A stretch of DNA of 64,000 nucleotides from the human T2T-CHM13v2.0 reference genome, Homo sapiens: the NCBI RefSeq assembly GCF_009914755.1, contig NC_060931.1; one strand, written 5' to 3'. The notes beneath the pieces were generated by a model. The model was not told where the DNA came from, ran no database searches, and saw only the letters and a list, made by a program, of their open reading frames with translations. Positions 36,700-49,215 of this stretch are shown in pieces. Each line of letters begins with the position of its first letter. Within the stretch, counting starts at the first letter, position 1. The position numbers and the translations under genes were made by a program.

Positions 36700-36975
36700 T
36701 CTCAGCCATCTTCTTGAAAACTTGTCTTTATAATCTTGGCTTCCACGACCCTGCAACAAGAACGTTGTGTTTCTACTAGCTACACCTGCTCTTTTACTCT
36801 AAATGTCAACACCAATAGTTTGATACTCATGATAGACTGCATGATCTTGCTTTTGAATTTGTGTATCTGTTCTCTCTCTTTGGGTCATGAGTTTGTAAAA
36901 GTTGGGCATTACTGCTTTCTATTTTTTCTCTCCTTGATAGACACAAGCTGTATATCATCATAAATGAATAAATGA
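36700..36975 (+). mobile_element. L2 fragments right of the VNTR
   Basis: CTTCTTGAAAACTT..CTTGGCTTCCACGACC and L2-type terminus ..TAAATGAATAAATGA. Confidence 0.45.
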
Positions 36976-38313
36976 GAATAAGATTTTATGCATCTGCAAA
37001 AATTTTCATTTCAATGACTGAAAATGAGCATATCAAAAATGTGTCACTTTTCCTTTCAGAATTTATTTTCTTTATTGCTCAATAACGTTGGACTGTTAGG
37101 AAAGGGAAATAGGGATCCTATCCCATTAGGGATAGGAAATTGAGCTCACATTCTGGTTTTGCTTGGGAAGCATGCATAGAAATAAACAGGCTTTTGAAGT
37201 TATTAAAGACAGATGTGAGCGTCACTGTATAAACTGAAACTATTGAGAAGTGAAATACTCATCGAGTTAGTTACTTTTCATGCTGGCTTTGAATACTATG
37301 GAATCCAACCCTTTAACAAAGTGAAATTCGGGGACTCTGATTGTAAAGGGGTGTGTGTGTTTATTTTACATAACTGTTAATTGCCACAGTGACCCCAATG
37401 GGATGAATTAGTCAAGGATAGTCATAAAGAAATTCTGGCTACTAAGAAAGCTACAGGGTATGCACCTAAGACATCCTAGGTTCAACATTTGTCTGGGTTT
37501 GTTCTACACAATGTAATGATAGATTTTATAATAGTCATGTCACGGTGGCTAAAAACTTAAATGTCATATCAAGAGAGATTAACCTAAAAGCAAACCATCA
37601 TCTTCATGTTTTTCAATGCACAGCTTAATTACTTTTAAAATTCCAGTCCTGACGATGGAGATGCAGATGACCTCGCAGTGCGTGAGGTCACACTGTGCGG
37701 TGCCCATCCATTTGCCTAGCGTTTCCAACATGCAGCCTCACCCGAGCAGGCTAACCTGGAGGCCACCGTGTGACCTGGTGTTTGTGTGTCTATCTGCATA
37801 TTTTTTTGATGAGTGTGAATGTGAGTTGCAGGACAACAAAGCGACTTAGAGAATCTTTAATTTCATATTCTAACTAGTTAGCCCTATTTGTTTGCTTTGA
37901 ATTACTCATTTCAATAAGGTGAAAACTTGTGCTAATCCTCTATTCATCAGTTGCCTGGGTGCGTGTGAAATGGATCATGTGGACAAAACAAACCCCGGCC
38001 AGACGCAACCTGCCATTGTCTCCTAAGCTGCTTCGAGGGGACTCTTCGCAGGTACCAAGAAGCCACTTTAACCACTTCACATATTTCTGAAGATCCTCTC
38101 CTTTTCTTCGCATCGCACATGACTCAGGCACAGAAGAAAAGCCAAAAGCAGGCATCAGATGAAGGAAAAACTCAAGTAGGCCGAACTCATTTTCCACACA
38201 CAGAGAGATAATTGGCACTGCGGCGATTTTGGAGAGCTGAATTAAATGAATAAATTGTGACATGGGAAAAACTGAAAAGGACAACAGTTTCCTGGCTCAC
38301 ACGGAATCCTTAC

Positions 38314-38465
38314 CTTGGGTAGGCATTTTTCTTGAAGATCAATTGATAAAACAGGACAACAATGTTTTTCCCCATTAATTGCTTTCAAACACTGTCCCGT
38401 TAAACACCCAATTAAAAGGTAGAAGTGTGGTCCTCTGTTTGCTTCTAATGACCACACATGAGAGG
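38314..38465 (-). other. Candidate internal exon (152 nt)
   Basis: Minus-strand acceptor with long pyrimidine tract TTCCTTTCTCCCTCTCCCATCCCTCCTCCCCATCTGCCCCCAG| and donor AAG|GTAAGG; one frame open but the peptide is unrecognised. Confidence 0.4.
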
Positions 38466-39484
38466 CTGGGGGCAGATGGGGAGGAGGGATGGGAGAGGGA
38501 GAAAGGAATGAATGGGAGAGTCTAGCATTTTCTTTTATGGGTTGCAGAATAAAAAGATCAATGGAAAAGGTTTATCACGTCTTTAGCCTGCAGCAGCCTA
38601 CCGAAAGACCAGCGCCTTAGAAACACAACGTAAGCCACATAACTCTTCTGAAAGAGAATGGTTCTTTGGAACTTCCTTGGAATTGACATGTCTAAAGACA
38701 CTTGCACATCCAACCAAATATCCAGGTTAATTTATGCACAAGAAAATATGTGGTCAGCTCAAAAATATATTAAATCTGCCGCTTACCCAGTAATTTCAAA
38801 TTGTGACATTCTAAACATTGTCTAAGTCACAAATGTAAACAACAAAATAACAAAGTAAGCAGAATTGGTTGTATTTTGACCACGGCAGAACTTCTCATCT
38901 GGGAAGAGACCAATGAGTGCTTTACTGTTAGAGCCGTAGCTTGTGTGGAGGGTTCAGTTGGGGTTGGGATGTGAAAGAGGGAAAGAGGGGGAGAATCTGT
39001 GAATGGCCAGTGTATCTTGGGCACAGATCCCAGTCCTTTCTCTCTTCCATATCCTTCACTTTCTCCCATTCTTTTACCCTCTGAGTCCTGTTTTTATATC
39101 TATCTTGCAGTGTGTAGAATTTGATAAATGAAAATAGTGAAAACTACTTCCAGCTTTGCATGGCATCAAATAATTTGGGGGTAGGGAGAGCAAGGAGACA
39201 AATTTTAGAATACACTTTGTCTCTACTTATATGGATTCTTCTTGGTTAGGACAGAAAATTGACCATAACAGAAAAGATACTGAGAACAACTGTTCCATTT
39301 AAAGTTACCATTTGAAGATAGTATGGCGTACCCTGGGGAAGCCCATTCAGGAGTTGGTTGAGACGACCCTATCTACAAAGTATGCTCAGGGCAAGTTAGG
39401 TTCAAATTTGACATGGCTAGCCCATTGTAACGCAATATTGTCTGTAGATTTTGTATTTCTATTTGGTTAATAAATAACAATGAT

Positions 39485-39690
39485 GATGACCATAGCTAAT
39501 ATTTCTTGAGTGCTTACTACAAGCCAGGATTGTCTAAAGCATTTGTGAACTTATTGATTCACACAAAAATCTAGGAGGTGAGTCCTAATAGTATCCTCAT
39601 TTTATAGATGGAAAATCTGGGTCACCAAAATGTAAAATAATACTTTTGTGTACACACAGCTAAGAAGTCTTAGAGTTGGAATGTGAATTG
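39485..39690 (-). mobile_element. MIR
   Basis: ATAGCTAATATTTCTTGAGTGCTTACTACAAGCCAGG..ATCCTCATTTTATAGATGGAAAATCTG. Confidence 0.8.
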
Positions 39691-40337
39691 TTTTGTTTCA
39701 CTTTTGTGTGGGACTTCGTCTTTAGCCAAAAATCTGTGCAAGGTGATTACCATCTTATTAATTTATCCCATGATTATCTGGCCAAAGATATTAACCTTTA
39801 AAATGATGTGGTTACAAGAAACATGTTGAGTCAAAGTCAGTTTGGGATTTTGCAGAGCTTAATATATAGATGAGAAGAAGGTTGGCAGGAATGATCCAGT
39901 TTATAGATGGGACACGATTTCCCTGACAAAAAGCCCTGATACTTCCTCTTGAGTCCTCAAAGCTGAAGCAAGGCTGATTCACTGACTGCTAGGATTCATT
40001 TAAATTCAAGACATCATAAAAGTAACAGGAAAATTGAACAACAACAACATTAATAGAATGGGACACATTGTGAGATTGCTTTTGATTGTATCCACAGGAT
40101 TTCTGAGAACAAGATGAACAATCGCTCCATGAATCAGGGCAGTGTAGTTGGTTTTGAATATTAATCCATACCAATGCTATAACTTTCCACTTACTACTTA
40201 GAACATTCAGACAAAAGCAGATCTTGGAAACATACATTAAGTCATCTTTATGAGGACAAAGCCATCCCTGGCCTTAGGACACAGATATGGCCCAGGGGGA
40301 TACTCCAGGACCGACCATTTTCTAATGCCGGTCCAGC

Positions 40338-41119
40338 TGACACAGGATTTTCCAGTGTCACTTCACCAACTGGAGGCCTCCATTGCTGGTGACGCCCCTG
40401 CCCAGGCCTTGCTCAGCCCCAGGCTCGCTGCTGGAGGTATCCCACCCACTGGGCCCATTTATGTTACAGCTCATTCAGTCCCCCTGCCCCACTCTGGTCC
40501 ATGGCTCTGGGGCTGGCCTGGCTCTGTTGCTGCTTCCTGTCATGTGGGGCAGCTCCCTGGCACTGGCAGAGGGCAGAGAGCTACTGTGTTACAGCCTTTT
40601 TCATACCTGTTTTTAGAAGGTCCTGAGTTCTTGTCCTACATCCAAGAAGAATGAGGTTATGCTGACAGCTGGCAATTGAGCAAGGTGAAGAGTTTTATTT
40701 AGTGACAAAACAGCTCTCAGCAGAGAGGTGACCCAAGTTGGGCAGTACCCCCTACCAGAAGGCAGGGAGTCCCCAAGTGTGGCTGAGTACAGGGCTTTTA
40801 TGGGGTCAGAATGGGGGAGTATGTGCTGATTGGTTTGTGAGTATGCAAAAAGGCTACAAAAAAGGCACCACTCAAAGATGGGAACGACAGTGTAAAAAAC
40901 TAATTAGGGAAGGGTAGGTATATGTAAAATAGGTGAAGGATGGGAATCAATCAGAGGAAAGTGCACCAAATGGGGAGAGAAGTTCTCAATCTCATTTGTG
41001 GATTTATCTGAAACTTGTGGCTGGGTTTTCAGGCTTTGAACTGTCTTTGGTTTGGAGGTCAGGTTTCCCCTGGACCTGCCCCTGTCTGCTTAGGATCTGT
41101 CTGCCTCCTGCCACTATCA
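40338..41119 (-). mobile_element. ERV1 solo LTR (MER52/LTR27/LTR28 group), complete
   Basis: Minus strand starts TGATAGTGGCAGGAGGCAGACA and ends AAAATCCTGTGTCA; perfect 4-bp TSD CAGC (40334-40337, 41120-41123); CCAAT, TATA-like and AATAAA motifs in order. Confidence 0.9.
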
Positions 41120-41593
41120 CAGCCACTGACCATCTCTGTAGCTTGTGACTGTTGTTAATTTTCCTTCCAAGAATGTTGTTGAGACACGTCCCTAGCCCTT
41201 TCTTTTAAAAAGGTAATGGCAAAACCTACAAAAAAAATCTGCTTAGAAAACTGGGTGTCCACTCAGCTTCTGTGCCATCCAAAACTTGGGGAAAAAATGG
41301 CAAAAGTGTTCAACTGCGAAGGGTAAGAAGAGCAAGGGAATGCAGAATCCTGAGGTCTGGTCACTTCTCCATCTTGAAATCTTAGCTAGTGGAGTCCATA
41401 AAACTTAAGGCAAAACAAGTAGGAAAAGGGTAGCCATAATTTCTGGCCTCATGTACCCCTCACAGTTCTCTTGCAAGGGAGAGACCTCATTATGTCTGCA
41501 GTTACCTTCTTTTTCAAAAGTCAGCAAGCATTTGTGAATTCTACTCTGTCCACAGGTTACTTTGCTTATGCAAAGATCATAATACAAGAACAC

Positions 41594-41887
<294 letters not shown>

Positions 41888-42288
41888 TTATTTCAGGAGC
41901 AGAGAAACCAGTATCTCTTTCTCCCCAACTTTCAGCTGTAAATGTGAAATAAATGAACATTTTAAACTGTGATTTCACTGATTACTGGTAAATCATGAAT
42001 TACATTTAACATCATTCAGCTTCTTCCTTTGCACTAAACACAGTGGGCTTATGGAAGTTACCGTTATAACGGAAATGTGTGCCATCTCACTCTTCAAGAT
42101 GACTCCTGGGTGAAAAGGTTGAATTTGTGATTCACGACAGGTAATTTAGTTTCTAATGAACAGTGGTAAACATTAGTTTGCTTTGAATTTAATATTTTAA
42201 AAATTCAAAATAAAAGGCCTTCAAAGCACAAGTACATTTTTATAACAAAAGACAAATATAAAATAAACAATACCCCTAGAAACAAAAA

Positions 42289-42321
42289 TCTCTGGACTTG
42301 GGTGAGACCCAAGTCCAGAGA
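42289..42321. repeat. Perfect 15-bp inverted repeat with 3-nt spacer
   Basis: TCTCTGGACTTGGGT-GAG-ACCCAAGTCCAGAGA. Confidence 0.97.
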
Positions 42322-44761
42322 CCTGTATTTGGACGTTGACATTTCATCAAAAGTGATGCATGTTACATCCTTCCTCCCTTTACAGAGTAACGTGACTAAA
42401 TATTATATGCAAGGTACTGTGAGGGCTATAGAAGCAATAACAAATTAAGCAAAATACAAGCTCATGACCAGGGGATGGGGCTTACTATGGGGGTCACTGA
42501 AAGGAAGAGGCATGGGGGGCTTCACGGGGATGGGTGTGGACACACCTAAAACTCACTGAGCTGCAGGCTAAAGATTTGTGCAAAGAGCCTTAAGCTAAAT
42601 TAATACCAAGGGGAGTGAACAACATGGTTGGTGAATTCAGGGGAGACTGGATCCTGCCTCGAGCCAAGCCATTCCTACCCTTGCTTGACAATCTGCCACC
42701 TGGGAAGGCCTGCACATCAGGACAAGAGACAACACTTCCCGAGAGCCTTTCCCTCTGCTCCAGACCCTCCTCCCTTTGGAAAAGGACAGCAACATAATAA
42801 AACCACTTTGGAAGGATCAAGGTGATATCTCCCAGATTCTGGAAATAGAGATGGAGCCTAATGGACAAATAGAAAAAAGAAAAGAAATCAACAAGCATGG
42901 CTGATGGATCCCCTCAGGGCTGGGTTAGGGGACGGCCCTGAACCTTCAGGCTGACATGACTCGGAGAATGACCACAACATTCCTGAATGTGTGCTCTATT
43001 GGCCCAGTGTTAGAGATTTTAAGTCACAGATAGTGAAATGTGATTTCAATGGCTTATCTCTTCTAGGATATGTAAGTTCTATGTTCAAAATAACTCCCCT
43101 TTTTTCTGCCTGAATTAAAATATCAGAAATATAATCTTTAAAAAGTTGTGGCATCACACAAGGAGACATGCAGAGTCTGCAGCAGCCTAAGGAAAAGACG
43201 GCATTTGCCAACGTCCCTAATTTGCCTTGGGATTGGTGCCTGTGGCATTTTCCTGCACCTGGGCTGTACTCCCAGGACAACATAAATTGACAACTTACAA
43301 AACGTTTGGATCATAGCTGGTGGATCAGAGTAAAGACAAGAAATCAAAATAGACAAGATCACAATAGAATAGAGACCAATACTTAAAGGAAATTGCTAAG
43401 GCTTAGATTACTACTAAATAGTTCCATTATTTTCCTAATTATTTCACAAGAAATGTTGGGCATCTCATTAAATTACCTTTAAATTACCTGAGATGTATGT
43501 CACATTCAAGATGAATCTTAAAAGCTAGCTTATCAACAACACTCGCATTTTTAAAGACCTCATTAAAACAACTCTATTAAAGTCCATAGTTCAGAAATGA
43601 ATTTAGGACCTAAATTAACAGGAAAAGAAGAGTAGGGGGAAGGGATAATTACCATGACATATCACAGAGAGTGTTATTTAATTAAAATAATAAAAAGAAT
43701 TATGTGCTGTTCCACATTTGTAATTTCTTAACTCTTTAGCTTGCCATGAAACATTAAAAGAAAATAAAGAGGATCTAAAAGAATAATTGAGGACAGAGCA
43801 TTATAATGAGCTTGTTGATGTCTCATTCCCATTGCCAAACTGATCGATGTTGGAATCCATTGTTCCATTAGTTATTTTATGTACACTTAAAGGGCCCATC
43901 ATTAAAATCAAGAGCCATCTCTGTGGGCACGGGAGTGGGAAAGAGGTAATGTGATGTGGTGACGGGGCTGCAGGGTGGGGTGAGACGGGCTGGGTTAGAC
44001 CCTCTACAGTTTCAAGAGTTTTATCCACTCCATGATGCTCACTGGTACAACTTAAAAAGCAGCCAACTCATGTAAAAGTAATTTCGATTTTATTCCTACC
44101 TTTTAGACTTGGGCTGGGCCTTACATAACCAACCTGGTGGCATCTCATTCCACTCTCTGCCTATCACCTGCTGGGGAATAATAGTTTGAGCTCAAAGGCA
44201 CAGAGAGATGAATAAAGACCATTTGATGGGATATTTAAATGTAAGTAGTATTATGTAATTAGCCACATGTAAGTAACCATAATAATAAGAATTATGTGCT
44301 TTATTTTTAAGATACTGGCCAAGACTGTGTAGATGCTTTTATTGTATAAAAATCTGTTTGCATAAGCATGAAATCCCTTATTAAAAATTATTTTCATCTC
44401 AACACTTTATTTTTAATTCAGTTACTTTAATTTAAAAACATTTTCCCATAAAAACAATGTTATAAATGGTGACAAGGTTTCTAGACTCGCCCACAAGGCT
44501 TATTTAAACCAAAAATACAGCTGCAATACCATGGCTGCTGGAAAAAAATAGTAGAAATTAGGATGATGGCACCAATAATTTTTTTTAAAATCCTCTGAAC
44601 TCCAAAAGTGATAGTCATTTTTTCCTCTGCTGTAGCCTAAAAATAGATTGCTTTAGTGGAAGAAAGGCAGTAGATACGGTTTTTTGGTGGGGAGGGGGAA
44701 AGAATTTCTGAGCCTTTCCAATTCTTTAGAAATTGAAGTCACTGGCACTCTATTATGGATA

Positions 44762-44791
44762 AATTACATACATAGTACTATGTATGTAATT
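44762..44791. repeat. Perfect 30-bp palindrome, no spacer
   Basis: AATTACATACATAGT|ACTATGTATGTAATT. Confidence 0.97.
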
Positions 44792-45337
44792 CTTTATTGT
44801 GTATAAATTAATTTTAAAAACTTGGAGCTCCCTTTTCTCTTTGTGTGGGCATAGTACTATCATGACTAAGCACTAATTGTCAAGAATTCTTGTCAGTTCC
44901 AACAACCACTGCTTTTACGACTCTTAACAAAAGTCTTTCCTTTGAGACTGATGCCTGGCTATGGGGCTGCTCATCAGTTCTGTTGCTCTGGTCTAGCTAA
45001 TGTCCAGTTTCCCCACATATTAACTGAGAATTTTGTCACTCGTCTCTTTGAGGACGTCTTCTCTTGCCCTTGGTTCTACCATTTTCTGAGCAGCTTCTGT
45101 GGCCTCACAAATCCCAAGCATTCTGAGTTCCAGCCGACCTTACGCTTCCCTCTCCTTTACAGGCACCCACCTGGGGACATGCTGAGACCCCTGCACCTGG
45201 TCCCTCCTCATTCTTCAGGTCTGTCAGCCCACACGGCCCCAACTTCCTATAGTCTCTCTGATGCTGGGTGCAGAAATGCTAACATCTATTGAGCCTTCTT
45301 TTGTTTTAAAACATTTTTATTGTATTGGGGGTAATAT

Positions 45338-45535
45338 TGAGGCAGGAGAATAGGGTCTGGAGGCAGGGAACCTAAGGCCATCTCCCACCAACTTCCTAGA
45401 ACTAAGTTAAAAGGAAAACCCTAACTTTCCATTCCTAAGAAACAAAAGGACCAGAAGCTACTCCCTTTGCAAACTCCAGCCTTTTCAGCGCTGCAGATGG
45501 GAAATTGAAAGTACCTTTGATTGGTTGCTTTTTGC
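45338..45535 (+). mobile_element. MER51 (ERV1) LTR, 5' ~200 bp only
   Basis: TGAGGCAGGAGAATAGGGTCTGGAGGCAGGGAACCTAAGGCC..GGGAAATTGAAAGTACCTTTGATTGGTTGCTTTTTGC, then abrupt loss of similarity. Confidence 0.85.
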
Positions 45536-46165
45536 TGTCGCTCTAGAGGCACCTGGTGGATTTGTATATCCTGGGAAACGTAGAGATGACCTACCTTGTT
45601 TTCATGGACCTAGTACTCATGAAGTGAACGATGATAATGTGACTGATAATTTTTAAAACTGATTCTATATTTTTTTTATTCCCAGTGAGTTCCCTGTTTA
45701 AATTCACAGCAACTTTTCCTGAGTCCACATTGTAATATGGGACTTTTCCCAAGTCCTAAGTTCACAACAAAAATTATAGAAAATATGAAAGCTCTATGAT
45801 GGCCTATTTTAATAGACATAACTATTGAGGAGAGATAAAATGAGTATTTGCATCTCTGAAAGGGAATTTATACAATAGAGTTTCTAAATGTCTACACCAC
45901 TTTAAAGGGAAATTTTAAAAGTAATATATTACCATTACACATTAGCCATCAGAAACTATCTTAAAATTGATTAAGCTATTACTTATCTTAAGTACTGTTG
46001 ACCTATTTTCCTTCAAGCTTGTCATCTATACCTCTAGAATATACAGTTTGTAAGGAAACAGAATATCAATCTGGACACTAGAAGCTTCTTCCTAGAGAAT
46101 AATGACCATGCTCAATAACTTATCACTCCACTAAATCATAAGCCAGTGCCCAAGGCTGAAGATAT

Positions 46166-46715
46166 TGTATTGCTCAGGGTTCTCTAGAGGGACAGGACTA
46201 ATAGGATAGATATGTACATGAAAGGGAGTTTATTAGAAGTATTGACTCACATGATCACAAGGTGAAGTCCCACAATAGGCTGTCTGCAAGCTGGGGAGCC
46301 AGGAAGCCAGTCGGGGTCCCAAAACCTCAAAAGCAGGGAAACCAATAGTGCAGCCTTCAGTCTGTGGCCAAAGGCCCAAGAGCCCCTGGCAAATCACTGG
46401 TGGTATAAGTCCAAGTGTCTAAAAGCTGAAAAGCTTGGAGTCCAATGTTCCAGGACAAGAAGCATCCAGCACAGGAGAAAGATGGAGGCCAGAAGATTCA
46501 GCCAGTCTAGTCCTTCAAGTTCCTCTGCCTGCTTTATCCGAGCGGTGTTGGCAGCTGATTAGATGGTGCCCACCCAGATTGAGGGTAGGTCTGCCTCTCC
46601 CAGTCCACTGACTGAAATGGTAATCTCTGTTGGCAACACCCTCACAGACACACCCAGGAACAATACTTTGCATCCTTCAATCCAATCAAGCTGACACTCA
46701 ATATTCACCATCACA
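46166..46715 (-). mobile_element. MLT2A2 (HERV-L) solo LTR, complete
   Basis: CAGGGTTCTCTAGAGGGACAGGACTAATAGGATAG..CAATCCAATCAAGCTGACACTCAATATTCACCATCACA; 550 bp; perfect TSD GATAT (46161-46165, 46716-46720). Confidence 0.93.
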
Positions 46716-47015
46716 GATATGTAACAGGAAAAGAGATTTTTCACTTGATGTAGGAAAAATGTGGGGCATTCAAGCCACCAACTTGGAACTGATCCTTAAA
46801 TTAATTTCAAATCCTGGGCATACATGTGAAAGAGATCAAATGATCCATGGTTCTAACATTTAGGCCAAAAAATCCAATTCATGCTTACCTGTAAATTTTT
46901 CTTATTTGCTGTCTTTACTGTCTCATGTTTTATAACGATAATCCAATGTAATGAAAAATGCTTTCTATTAGCAATTAAGAGAACTGGGTTCTTTTTAAAT
47001 CTATCATTAACTGAC

Positions 47016-47716
47016 TGTGATGGTTAATTTTAGGTGTGAACTTGGCTGGATTCAGGAATAGCTGGGAACCTGGTAAGGCATTATTTTGGGAGTGTCTACG
47101 AGGATGCTTCCAGAGGAGATCAGCATGTGTGTCTGAGTGGACAGGGTGGGAAAGATCTGCCCTTGGTTTGGGTGGGCACCATCCAATCTGCTGGGGTCCT
47201 GGGGGGAACAACAGAGAAAAGGCAAATGTGTTGATCTGCCTGCTGAGCTGGGATACCCTCTTCTCCTGTCCTTGGACAACAACCCCAGGCAGCCGGCCTT
47301 TGGACCCCAGGACTTGCCCCAGTGGCCCCCCAGGTTCACAGGCCTTTAGTCTTGCACTGAGAATTACATTCTCAGCTTCCCTGGTTCTGAGGCTTCAAGA
47401 CCTGGATTGGGCCAGGCTACCAGCACCCCAGGGTCTCCAGCTTACAGACAGCCTGTTGTGGGACCCCTCAAGCTTCATAATCACTTGAGCCAATTCCCCT
47501 AAGAAATCCCCTTTCATTCACCTATCAATCATATATATCTATCAATCATGTATCTATATATGTGATTATATCTATATATGTGATATATATATATCAATCA
47601 TATATATCTATCAATCATACATCTATCTATCACCTATCATCTGTCTACCTATCATCTATCTACCTATCCATCTATCTTATTAGTTCTATCTATCTCTCTG
47701 GAGAACCTTGAGTACA
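47016..47716 (+). mobile_element. MLT2B (ERVL) solo LTR with internal (TCTA/TA)n expansion
   Basis: TGTGATGGTTAATTTTAGGTGT..GGTGGGCACCATCCAATCTGCTG..CTCTGGAGAACCTTGAGTACA; microsatellite at 47521-47695. Confidence 0.9.
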
Positions 47717-47783
47717 CCAACAGAGTATTTGAAGGCAAATAACTTATTATATATGTTAATAAAAAAAGGAATTGAGGTAGACA

Positions 47784-47995
47784 ACTGGGTTTCAAACTGA
47801 GCTTCATGGAGTTCTAGTCATAATTTCACCACAACTTCATCATTAGGAAAATAGGGAGAGACAGAAAAATTGAGGCAAAGCCACTTGTATTGCAACAGAG
47901 ACATCATACTTTTCCCTACTTTGTATGTTAAGAATCTGTATAGGATTTTGTTTGAACAGAATTGTTCTACCATTACAATATTTGTAATTCACTAG
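47784..47995. mobile_element. hAT-Charlie MITE remnant (MER117-like)
   Basis: TTTCAAACTGAGCTTCATGGAGTTCTAG..GATTTTGTTTGAACAGAATTGTTCTAC..ATTCACTAG. Confidence 0.4.
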
Positions 47996-48299
47996 ACTCC
48001 ATTTGATTTTCAATAATATGGTGGACTAGATCTCCTGATAAAACTTTAACCTAAGACATCTGGAAATTCTGGATGAAATGAAGCACAGGTCCTTTTAATC
48101 CGTAGCTGAACTAATGGGAAAGTAAGAAATCTTCAGGGAACCAAGCAAAGAGGGGCTGAAAGGCAGTGTGTGAAGCCACCTCTGATGCTGGGGCTGGAAG
48201 AGGCACTGCGCTCCGAATAAAGGGGACACCCACACAAGGCTGAGCATGTCCATCAGGATCCTTCCCTGGCTAGGATTTTACTGTAAATTCAAGGAGGAA

Positions 48300-48675
48300 G
48301 TTACGAACAGAGGAATGGGAAGGGTTGAGGGGCTGGCAACTGTGGGAAGCCCCTGAGCAGAGGAGACCTCAGTCCGAGTTGGAGCCACAGGAGGAGGCCA
48401 CCCATCCAGCAGAAAACGCAGTGGACAGGGTTCATAGTCCTTGGCCAAACAATGCCACTGGGGCATGGATGGGTAGGGCAAGACGGGCTATGAGTTCTTC
48501 TTCCTCTTGCCCTCTGATCTCCTGCCCAGGGCTTCCACTGGCTAAACCCAACCAGAGCCCAACCAGTGGGCAGGAGGTTCCTTGTGCCATGGTCATAGTG
48601 TAGCCCTCCACGGACAGTGTAGGGACTAAAAGGAGAAGGGTCTTGGGGGTCGGCCAACTGGAGGATCAGCTCAAA
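48300..48675 (-). mobile_element. LTR33-like (ERVL) fragment
   Basis: GCCCTCTGATCTCCTGCCCAGGGCTTCCACTGGCTAAACCCAACCAG motif. Confidence 0.65.
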
Positions 48676-49039
48676 GGCAACACATTCCGGGAATGTACAG
48701 ACGAGGACACACCTGCTGGTGAAGGGGAGTGAGAAGATTTCTCTGACATGGCTTTGAAGAGTAAAATTTACTCCCCCCAAGGATGCTGAATCATAGACTT
48801 GTCTTCCTATGTTTGTGGGAGGTTCAGCTTTACAAATTAAGTGGGGTGGGTTCAGGGAGCCCCAAACTGAGAAATGAAAATACAGTGTCTAAGCCAGTTT
48901 CTGATCTCAATTTGCCTTACAATACTTACTTTAGCAGGAACTAAGTACTGTATATAAAATGCTCTGCCATGGCCCCTGGGACACAGGCAGAACTGAGAAA
49001 TATTAGTGGATCGATCTTGTTGTTATTATGACAATTTAA

Positions 49040-49215
49040 TTTGTTTAACAAAATTTATACAGGCTTACCATGTGCCAGGAACTGTCAACTATTAAGTCAT
49101 TTACTCTTCATAACGACCCAATAGGGTAATTATTATTATCCTATTTTACAAATGAGGAAATGGAGACACATAAAGATAAGTAATTCGCTCAAGGTCACGC
49201 TACTAGAAAGTGGGA
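49040..49215 (-). mobile_element. MIR
   Basis: CTTACCATGTGCCAGG..TATTATTATCCTATTTTACAAATGAGGAAATGGAGACAC..CTCAAGGTCAC. Confidence 0.85.

Noticed and set aside
34173-36759. 839-, 840- and 265-aa ORFs as a real membrane or repeat protein gene
   Set aside because: They coincide exactly with the 45-bp VNTR; several frames are open simply because the unit lacks stops. No promoter, exon structure or non-repeat domain.
37116-37137. Hairpin TCCTATCCC-ATTA-GGGATAGGA
   Set aside because: 9-bp arms are within chance expectation and there is no supporting context.
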